In this document: piece by piece, positions 11,301 to 23,700 of the stretch
How positions within the stretch are numbered: the first letter of the stretch is position 1
Layout of the letters: every line of letters begins with the position of its first letter
DNA from: Trichodelitschia bisporula
Lineage: Eukaryota
DNA length: 64,000 bases
Assembly (NCBI GenBank): GCA_010356995.1
Contig: ML996691.1
Location: 316,174-380,173 of the forward strand
Reading direction: 5' to 3'
The notes under the pieces: generated by a model
What the model was told of the DNA's origin: nothing
Seen by the model: the letters and a program-made list of their open reading frames with translations, nothing else
Database searches by the model: none
Program-made: the position numbers and the translations under genes

Positions 11301-13034
11301 CCTCATCCTCAACATTGTCTTCGTCCTCGTGTTTGTCATCAGCGGTGACCAACGTTTTTGTCTCCTGTTCCCTGACGTCGTGCACAACAACGAGCACGAA
11401 TGTGGTTACTGGCTGCAACGTGCTTGAAACGACGGTGACCAACTCGTGCAGCGCGACCACTGTGACGGACGAATGGGTCTCCTGCTCGTCCTCGTCCTGT
11501 TTTACGACGAAGACCTCAGTCGTATCGGGTTGTTCAGTGACAGCTACTACCACCACGACCTCTGGACCGGCTTGTGCCATGTCTGTTACAGTTTCACCGG
11601 ACGATGACCAGGGAGAAAATGGCGCCGACCCGATGTTCCAGACGGCTGCACTTCCTGCCGGTACACCGGTCTGCGGGGACGCCGGCGACGGAGGTCCTCG
11701 TCCTATATCTCAGGCGGAGTGGGATCCAATCGTCCGTGATTTCTGCAATTCGCCATCCGTCCAGTCTTTGCAAGGGAATGCATCTGACGGCTCGCCGATG
11801 AAGTCATGGAACGAACAGTTCCCGTACGGACCCGAGCCCAGCGGCATCCCCATGGTGCAGCTCACGGCGGTCGGCAACGGCAGCTGTGCGACTTCCGACC
11901 GCATCGACGGCTCGTGCGTGGACACTTTCTTTAAGATTGGCTCCATGTGCCCCGGTGGGACGGGTGGGAATACAGTTGGCGGACTGATGGGCTGGGGTTG
12001 CATGTCGTATTCGATGCAGATTTTCCGCTTGCTTTTGGGCACGCCGCCCGATCCGGCTCCAGATCAGCCCTTCAATGCGACAATCAACAGCGCATTCTCC
12101 GACTTTGTCACTCGGTCGGCGGCGTCTGCGGCGTCTGCTGCGTCGGTGTCGTCGGTGTCGTCGGTACAGTCCGTGCAGTCATCGGTTTCGGTTGCTTCAG
12201 TCTCGTCTGTTCACTCGGTACAATCAGTGCAATCATCGGTGTCCGCTGCTTCGGCTGCTTCAGTTGCATCAGTGCAAGCTGCCGCTGCTTCGGCTGCTTC
12301 GGCTGCTTCCGCGGCTTCGGATGCTTCCGTTATTTCCGTTGCGTCAGCGTCGGTGTCTGCTTCGGTTGCTTCTGCTTCTGCGTCGCTGGAATCTGCTTTT
12401 TCAGAGTCCCTTTCGGCATCCCTTTCGGAGCTCTCTTCGCTTACGTCGGTGATCTCCAGTGCTGAAGCTTCACGGTCGTCAGCCTCTGCTGCAGACACCA
12501 CCCTTGTAAGCATCACCAGGCCGCACATTCCCTTGCCACCTTCGTCGGTTTCATCGATACTGTCAGCCTCTTCCGCTTCTGCAGATCCGCCCGGGGGTCA
12601 CATTAATCTCCAGCTTACGCAATGCAACTACGAGTTCCTCGAGAAATTCGATCACGATGTTACGGGTTTCAAGTTCCAGGGGACAGAGCATCAGAGGGAC
12701 AATGCTGTTCAAGTGTGGAACTACCTAAGCAGTAAGTGACCAACCCTGCTTGTTAGTATCGGCGATGACACTGACTATCTACTAAGAGAATTGCCCGGGC
12801 TACCAATATTGGACTATTGAAGACTTGGAGGGCGGTGAATGGCATGCATTCTTCGAGTACTACGGGGGACCTATGGAGGGCGAAGATTTTGACTGTATCT
12901 CCAAAGCAATTGCAGGAGACTTCTTGTCAATGTGTCACGAAACCGATGAAACCGATGGGTCGGTCATTAACGACTGGGAACGTAAGTGCCTTTTTCAGAA
13001 ACAGGACAACTGTCAGCTTCCGCCCCACGCGTAG
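8339..13034 (+). CDS. Large secreted Ser/Thr-rich modular protein with tandem repeats and Cys/Gly-rich domains (~1,550 aa)
   Basis: ATG 8339 with signal peptide MLHFKPVLWLLATFIALSAVNSA; long ORF to intron 12732-12786 (GTAAGT...CTGAC...AAG); last exon reads KNCPGYQYWTIEDLEGGEWHAFF...PPHA* to 13034. Confidence 0.8.
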
Positions 13035-13917
13035 GTTGCTCGAGTTGAGGACGGGGAATTCTTCTCTGCAAGGTCTTTCTGCTTGGTCGTAGCTAGAAAA
13101 TGCAAGGACTAGATGCTTTGCTCGCCTGTTTCCAACGTTTTCCTTTCTGCCGTGAACGATCGAATTTTGAAACGTGCCCGTCGGGACTGATGGCGGAGCT
13201 GAAGAGGTGAGGTTTCTGCGGTGTAGAGCGTAGGAGCTGATAGTGCAAAGTCCTCTGCTTTCCACTCTATGAACACCAAACAACGACGTACCACTCGGCG
13301 GCTTCGTAGATGAGAAGACACATCTGCAAGGCGTCATCGCACATTCTTGGGCTCTTAGAAGCAATGAGCTTCGCGGGCTCTATGGTTCTATGGATTCAGC
13401 ACCGGCAATGGCAAGATTCCCTTCTGAGCGATTAGTTCGGCTGCGCGGCATTGGAAACGATGGAACTCGAGAGGGATGAGACACCAGGGACAACCTGATC
13501 CAAGCCAGGACTCGTGTATGCTCGTTCCTCGACGCAGATACCTTTGACCAACACCGCCCGCCCTGATATCACAACCCCCTCCCGCCCCCAAGCGCGTTCA
13601 ATTCCCCCCATTCAAGCAATCCAGTCACCACCCGACCCGTCCAAACCGCTCAACCCACTTCAGAGCACACCGAGAAAGGGAAGTGCGCCCCGGACCTACA
13701 TTCACCCATGAAGAACTAAACGCAGGCTCGCCTTCCTAATCCCCCAATCCGGTTGCAAGACCAAGACACGCACCCAGCAAGTAACCCATTCACCAAACCC
13801 TCGCATTCACATCTACCGCTTTCCCAGTCACCCATCCCCTCACTTACCACGATTCTCCCCCCCGCTTTTCCCCACGACCTCGACATCGCAACACATACAA
13901 CCGCAACTTCGAGCGCC

Positions 13918-14932
13918 ATGTCCTCGCCGCGCAAATCCCCGACGCCCCCGCCCCCGATCCCCATCTCCGTCCCCGCCACTAGTTCTACGGACAACACACT
14001 CGCCCCCTCCCGCGCTTCCCTCTTCAGCATGTCCACCACACCCCCCACCCCACCCCCGCGTGGCCGCCCCCGCGCCGACGCTATATCGATCCACCTCCCC
14101 CCCCTCCCGCAGCCCTCGCCATCCTCGCCCTCCTCGTCCCTCTCCCACCCGCCCGCCCTCCGCACGCCACCCCCCCGCCGCTTCAGCACCTCGAAAAAGG
14201 ACCTGACCGCCATCGAGGCACAGAAGGTGATCACGACGTGCGACTTCATGGCGGGCATGAACGGGCAGACCGAGGACGTGCTGTGCGAGCTAGAGCGGCT
14301 TTTCGGGATGGATGGGACGGGGTGGACGAGTAAGAGCCAGAGGAATACGATGGTTTGGAGTGGGGCGGTGTTGGAGTTGCAGAAGAAGCTTGTTGAGGTT
14401 GGGTAAGTTTCATAGGTTAGACTGAGTGAGACGCAAGGCTGATGGGTACAGGTTCAAAAATCTCGATTGGTTCCGTGCGCAGGATGGGAAGGAGCGACTG
14501 AGGGCTATGCCCCCGCTGGGCGAGCCGGTGCCGGAGATGCCGGAGTGGTTGAGACTGGAGTATGTTGTTCCTGAGGCGGTTCCTGACCTTTCGAAGATGC
14601 CGGGGGGGTATCAGGAGGAAGATCAGGAGGAAGATGAGTGGGAGACTTCGGAGGAAGATGGCGAGGGAGAGAAAGCGAAGGACGACAAGGAGAAAAAGAG
14701 CACGACGGATTGGAAAAAGATATGCAGCGACTACGGAAAACAAGAGACCAACGACAACGAAGGGAAAGCGATCAACGGCGACGAAGAGAAAGCGATCAAC
14801 GGCGACGAAGAGAAAGAGGCCAAGCACGACGAGGAGAAAGAGACAAAGCACGACGAGGAGGGAGAGGCCAAACAGGATGGCGAGGAGCCTGTTCCGAAGT
14901 CGGCGGTTGATGGAAAGGGTACGAGTGTCTAG
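13918..14932 (+). CDS. Hypothetical protein, Pro/Ser-rich N-terminus and acidic repetitive C-terminus
   Basis: ATG 13918; intron 14403-14451 (GTAAGT...GCTGAT...CAG) joins ...KKLVEVG-FKNLDWFR... in frame. Confidence 0.6.
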
Positions 14933-15092
14933 GGTCGAACACCAGGTTATGACCGGGATACTGCAAAAATGAACCATCTCTGTCACGTAGCCTGAACGCC
15001 GCGATGGCGACTCAAGGATCATCATTCCATAACTCCATAGCAAGGAAAAAAAACAGCTTACATGGATATCCGTCCGCGTCGTGACAAAATCA

Positions 15093-16617
15093 TCAAAAAT
15101 CCGTAGCCATCCCCTCCCCCTCCTCCCTCGGCCTCTTCTCATCCTTCAACAGCCCCGCAATAAACCCACGGAAATACTCCACATACGGCTTCAGACTCGT
15201 CTTCTCCCAGTCCTGCACGCGCTTCTCCCCTTCCTTCTCCTCCTGCCCACACTCCGCATCCCACGCCTCAATCTCATTCAACAACCCCGTCACCGTCGGC
15301 ACGCCAAACGGATCAAACTCCTCCACCCTGCGGGGATCAATCGGCACGCACACCCGCCCTGTGCCAGGGTGTACAACGAACGGGCTCTTGAGCAGATGGT
15401 TCAGCTTCTTGCTCACCTCGGCATCTAAGCGCGGGTAAGTGTACTCCAGGATTATCCCTAGCTTTGCCTCTAGCAGCGCACCCGTGTCCAGGGTGCTGCT
15501 ACCGCCTGTCTTGGCCACCGCGTCGATGTCAGCCCATTTCGACGCGCTGCTGCGCCCCGGCGCCGCGGCCCACTTCTTGCGCAGCGCCTCGCGGAGCCCA
15601 GCGTCGGGGAGCGCGTCGAGCAAGCTTGCGGCCCGCGTATCATCCGCCCACGGGTCCTGGCCGAGCAGTATATCGGTTGAAAACGGCTCACGCAGCAACC
15701 GTAGGGAGCGCTCCAGATGGGGGTGGAGAGGCCGCTTCAGCGTGAGTTTTTTCTCGCCGCCGCGGAGTAGCTCCAGCGCGCCGGCAATGGCCTTCCTTCG
15801 CGTATCGTCGAGACACCGGGCGCGCGCGTCGCACACCCACGCGTGCACGCCGCGACGGCCGGAGTACACCCACAGCACGTGGCGGAAGCCGAAGTCATCC
15901 CTAAGGGCCGCATCGAGGACGCGAATCGCATTCGTCATCCACGTCCAGCACTTGGGGCAGATATTCGCGCCGGTGCAGCATGTGCGGATCGGATCATAAT
16001 CCGTGAGATCGATATCGAAGACGAGTTCCTTACTTACGGGCCGGAAGAGGCTGGCCTTGCGGAGGGTTTTGCGGTCGCGTGGGTTGGAGGAGTATACGGG
16101 GCCTATTTCGAAGCGGGACGGGATCATGGATATGCATTGCTTGCGGAACAGGTCCGCGGTCGGGAAGGATTGGTAGCGCACGTAGATGTCGTTGGGGAGG
16201 GTGAAGGCGAATTCGCGGTGGGCGAAGTCGTCCGATGGGACGGGGGAATGGTTGAGCCATTGGAAGAGGTGGCGGTAGGGGAAGAGGCGCGCGTAGAAGG
16301 CGCGCATTACGTCGGGGTCGGTGAAGCGGGCGGGGGCAGGGCTGAGGAGTGTTAGATATTTGTTCGATGTGACGAGGTGTTACTCACGCTTCCTTCTCCT
16401 CTTCCTCTTTCTGCGGCATGCTGGACGTGAATTCATCGTCGGAGTCCGAGTCGAGCATATCCTCCATGGCCTTGAGGTCATCCTCCGTGGGGACCGCCGC
16501 GCCCGCAGTGGAGGGAGGTTCTTCGGGTGCGACTTCAGGCGCAGGAGCATCGGGCATATCGATGTCTACACTGGGCGTCGAAGCCCCTGAAGACTCTTCC
16601 GACGATGTCGCAGACAT
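15093..16617 (-). CDS. PRI1: DNA primase small (catalytic) subunit
   Basis: Motifs KELVFDIDLTDY, WVYSGRRGVHAWV and HLLKSPFVVHPGTGRVCVP; intron 16342-16387 joins the acidic first exon in frame. Confidence 0.95.
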
Positions 16618-16697
16618 CTTATGAGGAAATAAGGCGGGGTAGTGGAGTATCGTGAAGCCGACGAGAGAACGGATTGCGGGTCAAAAGTTCAGTAAAG

Positions 16698-16757
16698 ACG
16701 CGTCGCGTCAAACTGAAGTCCAATTAAGAGTGCCGGGGTGCGCGTTGTGGCGCGTCA
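16698..16757. promoter_or_regulatory. Cluster of MCB-like (ACGCGT/CGCGT) elements in the PRI1 / DUF1917 divergent promoter
   Basis: ACGCGTCGCGT at 16698-16708, CGCGT at 16741 and 16751, upstream of an S-phase gene. Confidence 0.5.
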
Positions 16758-17004
16758 GGGCGGTCGGGCAGGGCAGATTTAAGGTTTGGTTGGGCGTTGC
16801 CCCTCATCCGCTCCGGCGGTCGTCCCTTGTCACTAACCACGCGGAGATCCACCAGGGAATAACAGCCTTGCTATCGACCAGGAGGGAGATATCCTTGCAC
16901 CCACGAATTGTCGTTTACGTTGTGCACCTTCGTCTACGCTGCACGCGGAGAGCCTAGGACTAGCGCATCGCACCTGGCTCGAACCATGAGCCTTGCATGC
17001 GATA

Positions 17005-18245
17005 ATGTCGTCATCAGTGGAGGAAGTTGACTTCTCCGATGACTCCAGCTTCTATGGTACAATTTCGTCATCCATTTCCGTAGGCCTTTATACTTATGAT
17101 TCTAGGCAATGAGGACACCAAAAGAGAGCTAGAGCGCCAGGTCGAGAGTTATGATGTCAACTCCTACTGGGAACTTCATCCCAGAATGATCAACACCATT
17201 GCCCAGAAAGGAATCGAGCAAGAAAAAATCGAAGCTTTGAAGAAAAAACACATCGAAAAGGAAGCCCTCGAGATGAAGTCTGAAGAACGTCATGAGATCA
17301 AAAAAGAGCACCCTGATGTCAAAACTGAAGAATACCCCGAGGTCAAAATCGAGAAACCGCACAAAAGGTTCAAAATAGACCCCGCAGCCGCGCAAGACGA
17401 CCTTTTCGACCCACTTGCAGGCCAATTCTGTGCCCGCCAGCTTTCCGAGACTGTAGCCGAATTTATCAAACGTGTACAACCGGGTGAAAGCGCGAACGTC
17501 GGTCCATGGCTCTGGGTTCATAATCCTCATTGCCCCAAGGAGTACCGACGTTCGCCTGGCACGGCAGCATTCATTCAGAAAGGCACACGCATGCTTCGTG
17601 ACTACCTCGAAGTGCGGTCGCTTTTAATGTCTGAGCAGGGTGCGCAGATTGAAGCTCAAGTAATGTCCCAGTTACGGCCGCTGCAGAACACGTTGAGGCA
17701 GGATATCTACAATTTGGCGAAGCAAGAGAGAGTCACGCACGGCAAGGTCAGTCTTCAATATCGTCATGCTCCACCTGTACGGAGACTAAACAGCGCAGTG
17801 GATGCTCTTTCCATCCGCCAGAGATGTTCTCTCGACCTGGACCAGAGTCGCTGAGGCAACTGTCGCGGGCAAGCTCGGCACAGGTTCCAAAGTTGCAGCG
17901 TCAACCACAAGCAGCGACGGGTCATATCTCATTTGCATCTACACCGGAGACTTCAGCGACGAAGACGACGTCCGGCGTGTGTTGAAGGAGCTGGTTGACA
18001 TGTCACTCGTGCCGCCAGGCGGGAGGGGAATCTACTACAAGGCCGACGCTTTGACCCATCTCAACATTCAGTCCAAAAACGAGTACGGGCTCAAGGCATC
18101 GATGTACTCTAGTAACGAGTTGCTGCCCTCCCACCCGAAGCCGAAGCAGTCGGGGAAGGAGCCTACGACACCGAAGAGGCAGCGGCAGTTGACGGGCTAC
18201 TTTGGCAAGTCACCGGGGAAGTCTCCAGGGAAGCCAGGAGCCTGA
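17005..18245 (+). CDS. DUF1917 / C11orf68 (Bles03)-like protein
   Basis: Introns 17057-17105 and 17747-17798 give ...VTHGK-WMLF...; also LICIYTGDFSDEDDVRRVL and IYYKADALTHL, characteristic of the family. Confidence 0.8.
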
Positions 18246-20724
18246 GATGAGCTCACTGATCTCGACAGTCGTTTACGTCTCTGCATGATGAGGCTTCTGT
18301 TCGTATGAACTTGGGACGGATTTCTTTTCTTGGAGCGTTCGAAGCGAGTAGATCTGTTCTCAGTTTACAAGCTGCTACGACGAGTTTGTCAGTGCGGAGG
18401 TAACGCGACAACACAAAGGCTCAAATTCAAAGTCTACTCTGGTGGGAATGCCGCGTCTAATATACCCCTCAAGGACTGACGGTGACTCACCCTCTTGCGG
18501 GTTCGCTGTGGACACCCCCGCGACTCCGCACACTGCTCTTACTCGGCGACAACCGTTCGAACAAGATCCTTCCAGGAAACCCCAGAGCTCACACTGCCGC
18601 ATGCCCCTATCGCCTTCCCCTTCATCACCCCCGTTACTTCCCTTAAGTATGCCGCCTAAGGCATACCTGCCTGACACCGCAATCACTTACTCTTGTGACC
18701 TTTGACCTCGTGCAGCTACAAGCGATCGAGCTGAATTAACTTCTGGTGGACAGCGCAGCATACTGGAAGGGCATCCCAAGCAGCATCTGTATCAAGCCGA
18801 GCAACTGGAATGCTTGGGACCGAAGAGGCATCCGAGACATACCCATTTAAATTTATATGCCGATCTCCCAGTTATCGGTAAGCAGAGGTGCGCCTCGAGG
18901 GCCCTTACGGCTGAGGTGGACAGCCAGAACGCCACGAAGTACGGATTTGAGGGCGGAATCACATTCTTCATACAGGGGAAGACCCCCACGCAGCCACATC
19001 GGCGCCGTCAACTATCACAGCAGCCCTGAGCCGCAAAGATGTCGATCTGTCATCGGAGGGACCCTTGGAACGTTCCGTTGCTCCGATGAGAAGGCAGGTG
19101 CTCCCACTGAGCATGCTGTATCGGGAAAGATATGCAATCAGTCACCTCGCATTTGATGTGAAGACCCATTTTTTATCGTGGGTCTCTTGAGACAACAACA
19201 AAGTATCGTTGTCGCGAGTCCTATCGTCAGCAGGATGGAGAATTGTGAGAATTCGAGTTGTTCTTTGCGACACTGCTTCAACTCTGATGCTGCTAGGTAG
19301 GACGCTTTTAAAAGATGAAGTCCTCTGGCTAGTTAAAGCTAGCCTGCTGAACGATGCGGAAAAGCGGAAGGCCGGGAGCTAGCAATTGGTTCCCGCAAGC
19401 CTTACGGTACACAGACCGCCCCGGTGGGGCCGCCGATCGTGGGAGTTCCCAAAAAAAGGCGCTTTAGCCGCGAAGCGCGAGGCGCAAAAGAGACAATTGC
19501 CAAGGATATGGCATCAACGTCAACCCTTCGTTCACGAGCACCCAAGAAACCAAGAACTCAAAGCCTTTTCGGTGCCGCTTATTTTGATATGGCATCTGAT
19601 ACCGCGGTGCCGGCTGTAATACGCCTCTCTAATACTGTAATAGGGCTGAAGAGCGCCCTTCCGACTTGATATCTATTTGCCCGAGGAAGTGAATCTACAA
19701 ACCCCCTTCAACTGTCTCACCTTGCATATGGTTGCTCATTATTTGATAGGCTTGTCATCATGAACGGCACTTGCTCTGCTCCGCTTCTTCGTTGCGTTCT
19801 CCAACCTCGAGGCAAAGTCTTTGGTGTCAATCCCTTTGCCCCCCTTCCCCCGCGTGTGCTGTTCTCCTAGTGGAGAACAGTGCCGCGTGTGAGAAACATG
19901 TCTCTCTTCAAATGATGAGAAGATGAACATAAGCTTGGCCAAGCACATCAATTCGGCCAGCCGGTGAACGTTGCCCGAAGAGTTCTTTCTCAGACGAGAA
20001 AGGATGCGATCGTGGGACCCACATGGCTTGCAACGCAGAGTACTCGATGCCTTGTGATAAGGAACGCAAAGCCTCGGCCCCAGTATCACCGACGTCTGCC
20101 TATGGCTCCTTACAACACCACACTGTTCTCTGTCCTCCGACTGTGGTAATGAGCCAAATTGATCGGCAGCCAACTTGCTCTTCGAGCAAAGGACACGGAA
20201 GGAGATGCAACGAAGATGCTCCTGAGCGCGGTATTTCCGCCCGTAAGACGCCCTCTGTTTTATGCCTGGCTCCCTGTGGCTCTGAACATAGCTGGCGTAA
20301 CCTCCCCTGCTCCCCGCGACGACAATTTCTGTCCGTGGAGATTCTCACGGGAAAGCGGGATGCCCCCCCACATCTGCTCTGCCATGGAGGAAGTTGGCGG
20401 CCACCAGCCTTGCGTCCTGCTTGGGGGGCACGGCCTGAACGGCTGTCCCGCTATGCAATGCCATACCAGCCACCATGTCATACGGGAGTGACCCCCCGGA
20501 TGATTTTGATATCACCCCGTTCTTGTCCGACTCTCCTTTCTCCAACCTTCACGTTCCTTTGAGTGATCGACCATCCGACAAGCGCTGCTGAAGTGAGTGA
20601 ACCTTCTTGCCCCAAGGCTTCCCACTGCTAGTTAGTAAGACCCATCTTGAGTTGTCCATTCATTTAGTATTGCTATACCAAACCGTCTACTCTTTTACGA
20701 CGTGTCCGTCTTCGGAGATGTCTA

Positions 20725-23700
20725 ATGATGCTTTCTTTCATCTTGCCACTCATTATCTACACTCACTTCATAATATGTCTTCCCTATCTTCCCGAGTAGG
20801 AAGACTACAATCTCAACCAAAACAAGTTCGCCAAAGACCGCACGGAATACTGGGGCAAGTGGGAGGATGACTTCTATCCCTCTCCCGAGAGCTGGCGCAT
20901 GCCCTTCTACACGGTTGGTTGACCCTTCAATGGAGAGCAAAGCTAATGAGTGTCTAGATCTTTCTTGATAGATTTGTTAACGGGACCCAAGTAATGATAA
21001 CATTAATGGCACCTCATTTGAGGTTGACGTCTTTTCGAACCAGCTCCGCGCAGGCGGGGATGTCCAAGGACTAATAGACACACTCGACTACCTTGAGGGC
21101 ATGGGCATCAAGGTAGGTCATCCATGTTACACTCAACTGAGCTAACACGTTGAAGGGAATCTACCTAGCCGGCAGTCCTTTCATCAATCAGCCGTGGAGT
21201 GCCGACTCCTACAGCCCACTGGACCTCACCCTGCTGGGCTTTCACTTTGGCAACATTACCATCTGGCAGCATGCGATCGACGAAATGCACAAGCGTGGGA
21301 TGTATGTTGTGTTGGACAACACCATGTCGACGTAAGGAACCCATGAAACTTTTGGATAGCCTCTGACACTCGCAGCATGGGAGACCTGGTCGGCTTCGAG
21401 GGATACCTGAATGAGGGCGCACCGTTTTCCTTCAAGGAGCACAAACACGTCTGGAAATCGGTGCGTCGCTACTGGGATTTCAAGCTCAGCGAGAAGGTGG
21501 TCGACTGCACGCCGCCGCGCTTCTGGACCGACAAAGGAGTACGCGTGGGTGCAAACGTTACCGATTAGCTGAAGAGATGTTTCGACAGCCACTTTGATCA
21601 GTATGGTGACGTCGCATCCTTCGGCAACTGTCCCGAGTGGCAAAAGAAGATCTCCAAGTTCTCGTCGGCGCAAGACAGGTTGCGCGAATGGAGTCCCTCG
21701 GTGATAGACAAGATCAAGCTCTTTTCTTGCATCGCTGTCAACATGCTAGATATCGACGGCTTCCGTATCGACAAGGCCCTCACTATCACACTGGACGCGC
21801 AGGCAGACTGGCCAGACTATATGCGAGAATGCGCGAAGAAGCTGGCAAAGACAACTTCTTCATTCCTGGTCAAATTGTCTCAGGTAATGGACTGGGCTCG
21901 CTGTACATCGGTCGGGGGAAGGAACCCGGTATAGCATTCCATACAGTGGATGATGCATTTTCCGCTGGGCCTGACAGTGAACCCGACAATTACATTGGGA
22001 GCAGCGCCGCCGTTGACTCAGCTGCTTTCCACTATTCAGTGTACCGTGCCCTCACTCGCTTCCTCGGCATTGATGGAATCTACGGTGCAGATATGGACAC
22101 CAGCGCGAATTTTGAGGAGGGCTGGTAGGATATGGTCCTTACCAACAACATGGTAAACATCAATACCGGCAAATTCGACCCCCGCCACCTCTACGGGACT
22201 ACCAATCAGGACGTCTTCCGGTGGCCTGCGATCACAAACGGCACTCAAAAGAACATGGTTGGCCAATTCGTCACGACCTTGGTCATGCCTGACATTCCAA
22301 TCCTGAACTAGGGCGAGGAGCAGGCCATGAAGGTCTTGGAGAATGCTGCCAGTAACTACCTCTTCGGACGGCAACCGATGTCATCCACCCTGGCCTGGCA
22401 ACTTCATGGCTGCTACCGAGCTGGCGTGGAAAAGTACTACAACTTCCCGTCGGATGACGCCCTTTGGGCTTGCGAGGACCAGAATGTCAGCTTGGACCAC
22501 CGGGATCCGTCTCACCTGAGCAGACTGATCATCAAGCGCATTTACGAGCTTCGGGCAGCGTTCCCTGTCCTGAATGACGGGTTCGGACTGATTCAGCTTC
22601 CGAATCACACATTCAATATCACCTTGCCAGGCTCGGGCGGTACTGTCACCCAAACCGGTCTGTGGTCGGTGGCCTGTTACCGACGAAGCCATATTCAAGA
22701 CTTCGCTGGCCAAGGAGCTGGGAACTTGATGGTATGGTTGCTCTACGGGAACGAAAACAAGACGACAACATACAACTTCAATTGCTCCGATTCCAAGGCA
22801 GCCCTCATCGCAACATTCGAGGTGGGGACCACGGTGCAGAATCTCTTTTACCCATACGAAGAATGCAGCCTGACAGCCTCGTCGATCAACTTCCCTCTGG
22901 ACGGCAACTTCACTGGAAGCAATGGATGTCTTGACTCTATGGTGTTTCCCGCCTGGGGCTTCAAGGCCTGGTGCCCAAGTCCAAGTTCGTCGAAGCGGCG
23001 CCTGTTATCACGAAGCTCAGCCCAGGCCACGATCTCCGCCTGCTCAGCGACGGAAGGGCGGATGATGAAATCCACATCGAACTCGAGTTCTCAACTGAGA
23101 TGGACTGCAAATCCGTCACTGACGCCATTTCCATCGAGTCCAATACAAGCGACGGCACGCCTCCGGTACTTGACAAGTCAAGCGTCAACTGCACAACGAT
23201 GCCAGCTTTGACAGAAATGGATTTCACTGCAAAGGTTGCGAGCGGATGGAAATTTGCGGGAAGCCTCACGAAAGTATCCAACGGCGTCCACCGCGTAACC
23301 ATCAGGAACCCCTCTACAAAGGCAGGCAATGCAACCACCGGCTCAACGGACCACCTCCTCTTCCGTACGTGCAAGTTTGACAATCCCATGGTCTTCCCAT
23401 TCGTGGCCAACTACTCATCCGAGATGGTCCCCCAAGCGCCAAACGGAGATCTCTACGTCCAACACCCAGCACGCGGTGCAAGCAAATTCCGCTGCTCGCG
23501 TACCTGGGGCTCCAGCTGGACGGACTGGATGGATTACACTGGCGCGAACTACACTATGCCGAAGAAAATGTGGAACGGCACGGATCAGCAAGCCTGGCAT
23601 GGCGAGCACGTCACTTGCCAGTATTGGAGCAAGTTGGCTGGCAGCAGCCACCACCAGCAGGAGGGCGACCTGAACAAGGGAAATTTGCAGCAGCGTTTCC

